DNA of 64,000 nucleotides from Pseudomonadota bacterium (GTDB lineage Bacteria; Myxococcota; JACRCW01; JAFGSX01): assembly GCA_043821645.1 (NCBI GenBank), contig JBDRCO010000118.1:32001-96000 (forward strand). The letters run 5' to 3'. Numbering within the stretch: the first letter of the stretch is position 1; each line of letters opens with the position of its first letter. Below, in pieces: positions 10,073 to 18,105 of this stretch. The notes beneath the pieces are model-generated. The model saw nothing but the letters and a program-made list of their open reading frames with translations. It was not told the origin of the DNA and made no database searches. A program made the position numbers and the translations under genes.

Positions 10073-11584
10073 TCAGGGGTAGCGCTGCTGCATCACCGAG
10101 AGCACCGTCCCGTCGTCGTAGTGGGGCAGGAACAGCGCCCAGCTGATGCCATGGTTCGCCAGGGTGTTGACGCTGAGGATGGCGTCGGCCTTGGTGATGC
10201 TGCCGTAGTGCGGCCGCATGCCCGCATCGCCCATCGGCAGGATCTGCTTGGTGTACCCCGCCGCGCGCCACATGTTGACATAGGCGAGGTAGGCGTCGGC
10301 CTTGCACGAGTAGCACCAGGGCGAGACGCAGTGGGTGTACTGCTGCAGCAGCGCGGCGCGTTGGTTGAAGGTGCTGGTGCCGGCAATGGCGTGATCGAGC
10401 GAGATCTTGGGCACGTCGCAGAACACCTTGCCCGCGGCCTCAGCCTCCTCGTACAGCACGCGCAGGATGGTGGCGCCCATGCTCAGGGTCCAGCCCTCGT
10501 GATCCAGCGCGATGCCATCCAGCTCTGGGTCGGCCAGGGTCTCGCGCGCCCACTGGCGCAGCGCGTCGGCAGACCACGGGGTGTTCCATGGCGCGTACCA
10601 GGGGTGAATGATGCGCAGGTTGTGAGCGTTGGGAGTGTGCCCCCGCAGTGCAAAGACCACGGGCCAGTTCAGTCCATATCCGGTGCTATCGTCCGCGGCG
10701 TTGGCCTCTAGCCACAGCGCCGGGCGCATGGGAAAGGGATTGCGGGGATCGAGGGCGTCTTCGTCCACCTCGCCATCGCAGTCGTCGTCTCTGTTGTTGC
10801 GCACATCCCGCGGCACCGCCCCACAGGCGCCACAGGTCTGCACCGTGGTGCAGCTGCTGAAGTCCATGCAATCCCTGGCCGCACAGCAGCCGCCTGCGTC
10901 GTCACACAGCAGGCCTGGTTCGCAGCACACCGCGTCGCAGCAGAGACCGTTGCAGTCGTTGCTCTCGCACAGCCCGCCGCACCCATCCTCCGCGCCCGCG
11001 CACTGGCCTGTGCAGTCGCAGCGAGGGTCCTGCACGCACCCCAGGCCCTGTGACAGGTAGCCGTGCGCGCAGACGCAGCTCGGGCTGTCCTCGATGGACT
11101 CGCAGGTCCCGTGCGACCCGCAGTCCACAGCCTGGCAGGGGTCGATGGGCTCACAGCTGAACTCCCGAACTTCGTAGCCGGAATCGCAATCACAGGCAGC
11201 GCTCCCCTGGTCGTCGACACAACGTCCATGCGCCCCACAATCGACGTGAATGCACACGTTGGAGCTGCCCTCGTCGATCGCGCCATCGCAGTCGTCGTCG
11301 AGACCATTGTCGATGTCTGCGGGTGCCGCCGGGCAGTCCTCGCAGCTGGCGTAGATCGCGCACGCTCCGAAATCGACGCACCAGTGCGCCAGGCAGCAGA
11401 CCCCGCCCTGGCACAACTGCCCGGGTGCGCAGCAGACCTCACCGCAGCACGCGTCTGTGCATCCGTCGGCGCAGGGCGTCGAGCCACGGGAATCCAGGGG
11501 CCCGGTCGGCCCAGGTTCGCACCTGGGCGCACCGACCACCATCAGCACAAGCATCCAACCCAGAACGACAGCGCCAAGCTTCAT
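10073..11584 (-). CDS. Cys-rich (EGF-like plus DDDCDG metal-binding motif) surface protein with a C-terminal TIM-barrel-like domain
   Basis: ATG 11584 overlaps the upstream TGA (ATGA). Hydrophobic leader, two NxxDDDCDGxxDE motifs, EGF-like repeats, C-terminal LDGIALDHEG. Confidence 0.7.
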   Translation of the reverse strand: MKLGAVVLGWMLVLMVVGAPRCEPGPTGPLDSRGSTPCADGCTDACCGEVCCAPGQLCQGGVCCLAHWCVDFGACAIYASCEDCPAAPADIDNGLDDDCDGAIDEGSSNVCIHVDCGAHGRCVDDQGSAACDCDSGYEVREFSCEPIDPCQAVDCGSHGTCESIEDSPSCVCAHGYLSQGLGCVQDPRCDCTGQCAGAEDGCGGLCESNDCNGLCCDAVCCEPGLLCDDAGGCCAARDCMDFSSCTTVQTCGACGAVPRDVRNNRDDDCDGEVDEDALDPRNPFPMRPALWLEANAADDSTGYGLNWPVVFALRGHTPNAHNLRIIHPWYAPWNTPWSADALRQWARETLADPELDGIALDHEGWTLSMGATILRVLYEEAEAAGKVFCDVPKISLDHAIAGTSTFNQRAALLQQYTHCVSPWCYSCKADAYLAYVNMWRAAGYTKQILPMGDAGMRPHYGSITKADAILSVNTLANHGISWALFLPHYDDGTVLSVMQQRYP

Positions 11585-12675
11585 GGTGCGCATGCGGGCT
11601 TCACTCCTTCCCACTCCGTCCAGGTGACCCATTCGTAGTGGCTATTGTCGTCGGTGTAGATCTGCCGGGTGTTGTCGCAGCACGCCCTGTTCAGGTAGCT
11701 GCGGCATTCCGCGCTGCCCTCGCCCGTGGTGGTCGTTGCCTCCGCGGGTGGGCAGAACGCGTCGCCATCGCGCCAGTCGCACCACCCACCGCGGGCACAA
11801 CCCTCGAGCGGGCCGGGCCCTGTGCTCTGGCAGGGCGGGGGGAGACAGGCCTCGCAGCTTTGGTAGCTGTCGCCGCTGGCGTGGTCGACGCAGGTGTGGG
11901 CCTCGCAGCATTGACCGCCTTCGCCACACAGCTGGCCCTCGCCGCAGCACACCGTGCCACAGCAAGTGTGCGCGCAGCGGTCCTCGGCACAGGTGTGTCC
12001 GCAGCCGTCGTCGGCGCCTGCGCACCGGCCTTCGCAGGTACAGGAGGGATCCGGTTCGCAGGCCAGGCCCTGGGCCAGGTAGCCGTCTTCGCAGTTGCAG
12101 CGCGCGACTCCGGCGAGCTCCTCGCAGTGACCGTGGCCGCCGCAGTTCACACCATGGCAGGGGCCCGCCGACGCGCAGCTCAGGACGTCCACAGCGGCCA
12201 CGAAGCCCTCGTCGCAGTTGCACCGCGCCTTCCCTAGCTCCAAGACGCAGCTCCCATGTTCGCCGCAGCGCTGGTTGGTGCAGGCGTTGACGGCATCCTC
12301 GTCGACGAGCCCGTCGCAGTCGTCATCCCGGCCATTGGCGATGTCAGGTGGTGCCTCGGGGCACGGGTCAACACAGCGGAGCCAGGTCGCGCAGCTGGAG
12401 AAATCCGTGCACAGCTCGACGGCGACCTCCTCGCCGCAGATCGCGCTCCTGGCCGCGACGTCCGCGCCGTCGACACAGAAGCGGTCCAGGCAGACCTCGC
12501 CCGTCGCCGCGCAATCACTGCTGTCGACGCAGACCGCGCGACACAGTCCCCCCTCGGCGGCCTGCCCGTCGGGGCAGTCCAGGACCTGGCTCAGGGGCGT
12601 GCAGCTCGCCGCAACGGCCTGGATCAGGACGAGCGCTCCCTGGAGTCCCTGCGAACAGAATGCCTCTCGCTTCAT
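11581..12675 (-). CDS. Cys-rich lipoprotein, paralogue of 10073..11584
   Basis: Lipobox-like AVAASC, NGRDDDCDGLVDED motif, and an EGF-like stalk colinear with the downstream gene. Confidence 0.7.
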   Translation of the reverse strand: MKREAFCSQGLQGALVLIQAVAASCTPLSQVLDCPDGQAAEGGLCRAVCVDSSDCAATGEVCLDRFCVDGADVAARSAICGEEVAVELCTDFSSCATWLRCVDPCPEAPPDIANGRDDDCDGLVDEDAVNACTNQRCGEHGSCVLELGKARCNCDEGFVAAVDVLSCASAGPCHGVNCGGHGHCEELAGVARCNCEDGYLAQGLACEPDPSCTCEGRCAGADDGCGHTCAEDRCAHTCCGTVCCGEGQLCGEGGQCCEAHTCVDHASGDSYQSCEACLPPPCQSTGPGPLEGCARGGWCDWRDGDAFCPPAEATTTTGEGSAECRSYLNRACCDNTRQIYTDDNSHYEWVTWTEWEGVKPACAP

Positions 12676-13045
12676 GTGTCCATCCACTCCGCCTCGCCGT
12701 GCGGCGGATCCCCGCGCCGGGGAATCCCTGCCCCCCGGTAGAGCAAGGCTGGTGCCAGCACCTCGGCTGCGGCGTGTGTCCTGCAGGTCCTGGAGTTCGA
12801 GCGCTGTGTGCGGCGAGCGTGCACCCCCGGCCTGCCACCAGGTGGTAACTCAAGGTGGCAGGGTGGAAACTCCTGCTGACGGCATGGGGACCCGAGTGTG
12901 CGAAGGACACAGACCCTGCCCCCGGTTGGCCGTGGGGCTTTGCAGCCCGGGATGTCGGTCCGTTGCTGCTTTCGTTTCTCGTCTGGCTCGACAAGCTGTT
13001 GGTCTAGGATCGGAGGGTCTGCGATGCACAAGGAAGGCGCCCGCC

Positions 13046-13912
13046 ATGACCTCACGAACGTGTCCGGGCTGCGGACGGCCCATGCGCGCGACGCAGGGCG
13101 CGTGCCTGTACTGCGGAACAGCGTCTCCGAGCGCGGGCGTCGGCGCCGTGAGCCCGGTCCATCGCGTGTCGCCGTCGACTCCGGTGAACCAGGACCACCC
13201 CAGGATCTGCCCGGGCTGTCAGCGCCCAGCCAGGGGTCGGGTGGTGCGCTGCTTCTACTGTGGCCACGACGTGCCCGCTGTGTCAGCGCCACCTCAGCGC
13301 AGCTGTCCGCGCTGCCGCACGGCCTTGCAGGTTGTCACCGCCACCTGGGTGAGCGTCGACGCCTGTTCAGCCTGCGGTGGCATCTTCTTTGACCGCGGCG
13401 AGCTGGAGCGCGAGCAACGCATCGATGCCCAGCAGTTTCGCTGGCTGCAGGCTCAGCTTCGACCCTGTGCCCCCGATGGCACCGCGCCGCTGCGCTGCCC
13501 TGGCTGCGGCGGTTCCATGCACGCCCTGACACCCGGCGGTGACGAGACCGTGATCATCGATGCCTGCCCCGGCTGCAGCGGCTGGTGGCTCGACGCTGGC
13601 GAGGCGCAGACCCTGCACCAGATCGCCCTGCGCGGACAGACGCGCCGCGCCGGGTCCACCTGGGACCGCCCCGACGCCGAGGTGAACCCTCGGGTGAGAG
13701 ACCTCGTCGAGCGACAGGCGACCGAGCGCATGCGGGAGCGAGCACGCCAGGACAGTCGAGACCTCGACCCGCGCGAACGCGAGCGGCAGAAGAAGCTCTA
13801 CGGCCAGGTCCTGACAGGACGACCCGATTTCCTCGATCAGAGCACGGTGGGCAAGGTGATCACCACCGTCGACGTGGTCGGTGATGTCATCGGTTGGCTC
13901 ATGGATCCCTAG
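13046..13912 (+). CDS. multi-zinc-ribbon protein (two double-CxxC ribbons plus two zf-TFIIB-like domains)
   Basis: AAGGAAGG RBS. CPGC..CLYC, CPGC..CFYC, CPRC...VDACSACGGIFFDRGEL, CPGC...IDACPGCSGWWLDAGE. Confidence 0.75.
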   Translation: MTSRTCPGCGRPMRATQGACLYCGTASPSAGVGAVSPVHRVSPSTPVNQDHPRICPGCQRPARGRVVRCFYCGHDVPAVSAPPQRSCPRCRTALQVVTATWVSVDACSACGGIFFDRGELEREQRIDAQQFRWLQAQLRPCAPDGTAPLRCPGCGGSMHALTPGGDETVIIDACPGCSGWWLDAGEAQTLHQIALRGQTRRAGSTWDRPDAEVNPRVRDLVERQATERMRERARQDSRDLDPRERERQKKLYGQVLTGRPDFLDQSTVGKVITTVDVVGDVIGWLMDP

Positions 13913-13933
13913 CCCGCGGCGGACGCAGCCTTT

Positions 13934-15397
13934 TCAGGCGCGCATCGACTTGAACACCCGCATCAAGCCCAGGTAGCACAGCGCCGACAGGCCGAAGCCG
14001 ACGAACCAGGCGTAGGTGTACAGGCCGCTGAAGAAACCAGGAACCTCGGCGACGAAACCCGCCGCTTGCAGGAAGCCCGGCACGTTGGGGGCGACGCCGA
14101 CGACCAGGGCGATCATGGCCGCCAGGTTCCAGCCACCCTTGTAGCTGTAGGCTCCGTCGCGCACGAAGAGCTGTTCCACGTCGAGCTCGGTGCGGCGCAC
14201 GATGAAGTAGTCCGCGATGAGGATGCCGGCGATGGGCCCGAGCAGCGCCGAGTAGCCGATGAGCCAGGTGAAGATGTAGCCCTGGGTCGACTCGAGGAGC
14301 TTCCAGGGGAACATGGCGATGCCCAGGCCGGCGGTGATGTAGCCGCCCATCTTGAACGAGATCTTCTTGGGCGCGATGTTCGAAAAGCCGTTGGCCGGGG
14401 CCACCACGTTGGCGGCCAGGTTGGTGGTCAGGGTGGCGATGGCCAGGGCGAACAGCGCCACCACGACGGTGAAGCCGCCCATGCGGCCGAGCAGCTGCAC
14501 CGGATCCCAGATGGCCTCGCCGTAGATGACGACGGTGGCCGAGGTCACGGCCACGCCGATGAAGCTGAACAGGGCCATGGTGGGTGGCAGGCCTAGGGCC
14601 TGACCGAGCAGCTGCTCGCGCTGTGAGCGGCAGTAGCGCGTGAAGTCGGGGATGTTGAGCGACAGCGTGGCCCAGAAGCCCACCATCGCGGTCAGCCCTG
14701 GAAAGAAAACCTTGGCGAACTGCCCCTCGCGCAGGCCGCCGGGACCGAACTGCGACGGCGTGCTGAGCATCGCACCAAAGCCTCCGGCCTTGACGTAGGC
14801 CCAGCCCAGCAGCACCAGACCCATGACGATGAGAAAGGGCGCGGCGTAGGTCTCGAGCCAGCGGATGGACTCGGTGCCGCGGGCGATGAACCACACGTGC
14901 AGACCCCAGAACAGCAAGAAGCACACGAGCTGGCCGAGGTCGATGCCGAGCAGGGCCAGGGGCTCACCTTTGATGGCGTTGGCGGTGACAGCGTTGACGA
15001 TGGTGTAGATGGCCGAGCCGCCGACCCAGGTCTGGATGCCGAACCAGCCGCACGCAACGAGTCCACGCAGAATGGCTGGCACGTTGGCGCCGACGGTGCC
15101 AAAGGCGGCACGCGACAGCACCGGAAAGGGGATGCCGTGCTTGGTGCCAGCGTGGCCGACCAGGGCCATGGGCACGAGCACGATGACGTTGCCCAGCAGC
15201 ACGCACAACACCGCCTGCCACCAGGACATGCCTTCCTTGATCAGGCCAGAGGCCAGCATGTAGGTCGGCACGCACACGGCCATGCCCACCCACAGGGCAG
15301 CGATGTTCCACTGGGTCCAGGTGCGTTGCTCGGGCGGGGTGGGCGCCAGGTCCTCGTTGTACAGCTGGGGATCGCGGGCGGTCTCTGTCGTCGTCAT
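13934..15397 (-). CDS. NCS1 family nucleobase:cation symporter (uracil/allantoin/hydantoin-type permease)
   Basis: LYNEDLAP, ALWVGMAVCVPTY, GIPFPV..RA.FG, ACGWFGIQTW, WATLSLNIPDFTR, N.AANVVAPAN; about 12 TM segments. Confidence 0.95.
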   Translation of the reverse strand: MTTTETARDPQLYNEDLAPTPPEQRTWTQWNIAALWVGMAVCVPTYMLASGLIKEGMSWWQAVLCVLLGNVIVLVPMALVGHAGTKHGIPFPVLSRAAFGTVGANVPAILRGLVACGWFGIQTWVGGSAIYTIVNAVTANAIKGEPLALLGIDLGQLVCFLLFWGLHVWFIARGTESIRWLETYAAPFLIVMGLVLLGWAYVKAGGFGAMLSTPSQFGPGGLREGQFAKVFFPGLTAMVGFWATLSLNIPDFTRYCRSQREQLLGQALGLPPTMALFSFIGVAVTSATVVIYGEAIWDPVQLLGRMGGFTVVVALFALAIATLTTNLAANVVAPANGFSNIAPKKISFKMGGYITAGLGIAMFPWKLLESTQGYIFTWLIGYSALLGPIAGILIADYFIVRRTELDVEQLFVRDGAYSYKGGWNLAAMIALVVGVAPNVPGFLQAAGFVAEVPGFFSGLYTYAWFVGFGLSALCYLGLMRVFKSMRA

Positions 15398-15720
15398 GGG
15401 GCCCCCATGTCAGAGGCGGGACCATCGCGCGCGAAGGCCAGTGTCGTCAACCCTGCGTGACGCTCGCCTCCCTCCCGTCCTTTCGTCTCCTCACCGCAAT
15501 CGGCCCACCCGGCTGGCGAATGCGCCGCCGCTGGGTCCCGGAGCCGCATGCACTCGTCGCCGAAAGAACGCTCGGTCGGCTCGCTTCACGGGGTCGGGGC
15601 GCGAGAGGTCCCGGTCACAGCACTTCAAGCCAAGGCAGCACAACATGCCACATGCTGGACGCCCAATTCTTCGACGTCACCGAGCAAGCGTCAGCGAAGC
15701 GAGGTGTCCTTGACAGCGCT

Positions 15721-15811
15721 GGTGGGGGTGAATGCCGACGGATTCACTCCGGCGGCAGAACGTTCGCCCGTGCTGGTTGGGTGGGGGACCCGCCGGATTC
15801 ACTTCGGCGGG
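15721..15811. repeat. REP-like doublet of hairpins
   Basis: Two copies of GGTGGGGG followed by a stem with a TTCAC loop: GCCGACGGA-TTCAC-TCCGGCGGC (15734-15756) and CCCGCCGGA-TTCAC-TTCGGCGGG (15789-15811). Confidence 0.5.
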
Positions 15812-15871
15812 GGAGGGTCTGCCCGACAGACCCTCGCGAGATGTCGAGCGCCCGACGCCCCCCTTGAAAAA

Positions 15872-16645
15872 TTAGTTAAAGTCGTACGCCTCAGCCTCGC
15901 CGGTGGCCGGCTTGAGCCCGACGTAGAAACCGTGGTCGCTGCCGGTGGGGTTGTTCATCTGAAAGCACACCGGGTAGTCGACAGAGAAGTTGTAGGGATC
16001 CGAGTCCTGGAAGGGGAAGAACACGCTCTCGGGCAGCAGGGCGTCGCGCATCTCCTTGATCTCGGCGTCGCTGTGGTCGTCCTTGAGCTCGGGCACCCAG
16101 TTCTCGTCGAAGTAGCTCTGCATCGCAGCCTTGGCCGCGTCGAGGTCCTTCTTCTCGAGCTTGACGGGCGACGGGATCCAGTTGCCCTCGTAGGCCATCA
16201 GGTAGGCGGTGCCGCTGTTGGCGCCGGCCACGAAGTCGACGGTGAAGCCATCGCGCACGTTGCCGCGCACGTTGCTGACGGCGACGTTCTGGTCATCGGC
16301 GCCCCACAGGATGTCCTTCATACGGCCGACAAAGACCTGCTCGGCGTCGTGGGGCAGCTGGGTCTGGCCGGTCATGGCCGCGAGGCGCGCGGTGACCGCG
16401 TTGAGACCTGTCTTCTCGTAGCCCTCGAGGGCCTCGCGGGCGTCGGGGTCCTTGCCCAGCAGCGCCTCGGCGGCGGCCACGTAGCGCTTGTTGGCTTCAA
16501 AGGTCTCCTTGGGCTTGTCCGAGCGCGCGATCTCGCCGACCGCGGCCTCGATGATGTTCTTGGCGTCCTTCTCGCTGATGGTGCCCTTGCGGTCGTTCTG
16601 GATGCCGTGGGTCAGGGCATTGCGGGTGGACTGGATCTTGGACAT
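15872..16645 (-). CDS. hypothetical protein (257 aa, no signal peptide)
   Basis: GGGAGG RBS, strong G/C third-position bias, natural amino-acid composition. Confidence 0.8.
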   Translation of the reverse strand: MSKIQSTRNALTHGIQNDRKGTISEKDAKNIIEAAVGEIARSDKPKETFEANKRYVAAAEALLGKDPDAREALEGYEKTGLNAVTARLAAMTGQTQLPHDAEQVFVGRMKDILWGADDQNVAVSNVRGNVRDGFTVDFVAGANSGTAYLMAYEGNWIPSPVKLEKKDLDAAKAAMQSYFDENWVPELKDDHSDAEIKEMRDALLPESVFFPFQDSDPYNFSVDYPVCFQMNNPTGSDHGFYVGLKPATGEAEAYDFN

Positions 16646-16816
16646 GGAAACCTCCCGGGGATGGATGCTCTGCAGTCCTTGCTTTTACCTCGGGGAAGGC
16701 GATTTTGGCCATCACCGGCCAGGTGGCCACACGCCGTCGCCTGACAGACGGTCGATTGTGACCATTTCGCCCGCTTCAGCTGCCGCTGTACCGCCAGGGG
16801 GGTGTGCCGAACGCTT

Positions 16817-17824
16817 TCAAGGCAGCCGCGCCGCGAGCTGGCCGCAGGCGGCGTCCAGCTCGACGCCACGAGCCCGGCGCACCATGCAGAACAGACCCGC
16901 CGTGCGCAGGCGCTGCTGATAGCTCTGTACCCGTTCCGACGACGAGGGCTCGCAGCCCGGCATGCCGCGATTGGCAGGCAGCAGGTTGACCCGCGCACGA
17001 TCGTGCAGGGGACGCAGCAGCTCGACGACGGCGTCGGCACAAGCCAGGCTGTCGTTGACACCGGCGATCAGAGCGATCTCGACGAAGAGGTGATCACCAG
17101 GACGCCGTGTCAGCACAAAGGCATCGCGCAGTTCCGCCGTCGTGTGGCGGGCGCCAGGCACCAGCTGTCTGCGCAGTCCGTCCTCGGCAGCGTGCAGTGA
17201 CCAGGCCAGGTGAACCTCGGCGCGCGCGGCCTCGCGTATGGCCTTGGGCGACGTGCCCACCGTCGACAGCGTGAGGTGCCGTGGCGCCAGGGCCATGCCG
17301 TGAGGATCGGTGAGCAGGCGGCAGGCGAGGGTCACCGCGGGCAGGTTGTCCAGGGGCTCGCCCATGCCCATGAACACCACGTTGCGCAGCGGCGCCGCGC
17401 CGGCGTCCCTGACCGCGGCCACGGCCCTGTGCACCTGGGCCACGATCTCGGCGGCGCTCAGGTTGCGCCGCAGCCCCAGGGTGCCGGTGACGCAGAAGGC
17501 ACACCGGTGCGCGCAGCCGACCTGGGTCGAGACGCACAGCGTGGTGCGATCGCGACCACTCATGGAGACCATCTCGATGGCGTGACCGTCGTGCAGAACG
17601 AGCAGAAATTTGCTGGTGCCGTCGGCGGCCTGCCGGCGCTGGGTCACGTCAAGCACGGTTCGCGTGGTGGTGGCGGCGAGCTTCTGTCGCACGCGCGGCG
17701 ATAGCGACGGAGACAGCAGAGGATCGTCTCCCCGACGCAGCGCCTTCCATACAGTCCGGGCTCGGCCCGTGCCCCCGATCAGGGGAGCAAGCGCGTCGGC
17801 GGAGGTCTCGAGCAGGGCTGGCAT
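16817..17824 (-). CDS. rlmN: RlmN-like radical SAM RNA methyltransferase
   Basis: TLCVSTQVGCAHRCAFCVTG (CxxxCxxC), RNL...EI, VFMGMGEPLDN, SLHA, GVND, AACGQL. Start taken at ATG 17824. Confidence 0.85.
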   Translation of the reverse strand: MPALLETSADALAPLIGGTGRARTVWKALRRGDDPLLSPSLSPRVRQKLAATTTRTVLDVTQRRQAADGTSKFLLVLHDGHAIEMVSMSGRDRTTLCVSTQVGCAHRCAFCVTGTLGLRRNLSAAEIVAQVHRAVAAVRDAGAAPLRNVVFMGMGEPLDNLPAVTLACRLLTDPHGMALAPRHLTLSTVGTSPKAIREAARAEVHLAWSLHAAEDGLRRQLVPGARHTTAELRDAFVLTRRPGDHLFVEIALIAGVNDSLACADAVVELLRPLHDRARVNLLPANRGMPGCEPSSSERVQSYQQRLRTAGLFCMVRRARGVELDAACGQLAARLP

Positions 17825-18105
17825 GCGCTGCCAGTATCTCAGAGCACGGCGAGGGGAAACAGTGCCCGGGTTGTGCTCGAATCCCCTCGAATCAAGTTCT
17901 CCGATCGACACGGAGCGAGACCTCGAAGGTGGACACCACCAGCACCTCATGGCGCGCCACGTGCGGGGCATCAAGGGAGCTCCACGACGATCAGGTGAGA
18001 TGGCGTTGACGAACGGCGCAGCGGCACCTACTCGCGGTATGCTTTTTCTCTCATGCCGGAACTTCGCTCAGGGCAGGCGGTGCCAGACGCCAGGGGTGGG
18101 CGCAC

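Noticed and set aside
12218-13045. N-terminal 276 aa of the 564-aa ORF
   Set aside because: It overlaps the opposite-strand Cys-rich gene and intergenic DNA. The RBS and zinc-ribbon sequence begin at ATG 13046.
18006-18043. TTGACG / TATGCT sigma-70-like pair upstream of 18106
   Set aside because: The 26-nt spacer is too long for a -35/-10 pair.
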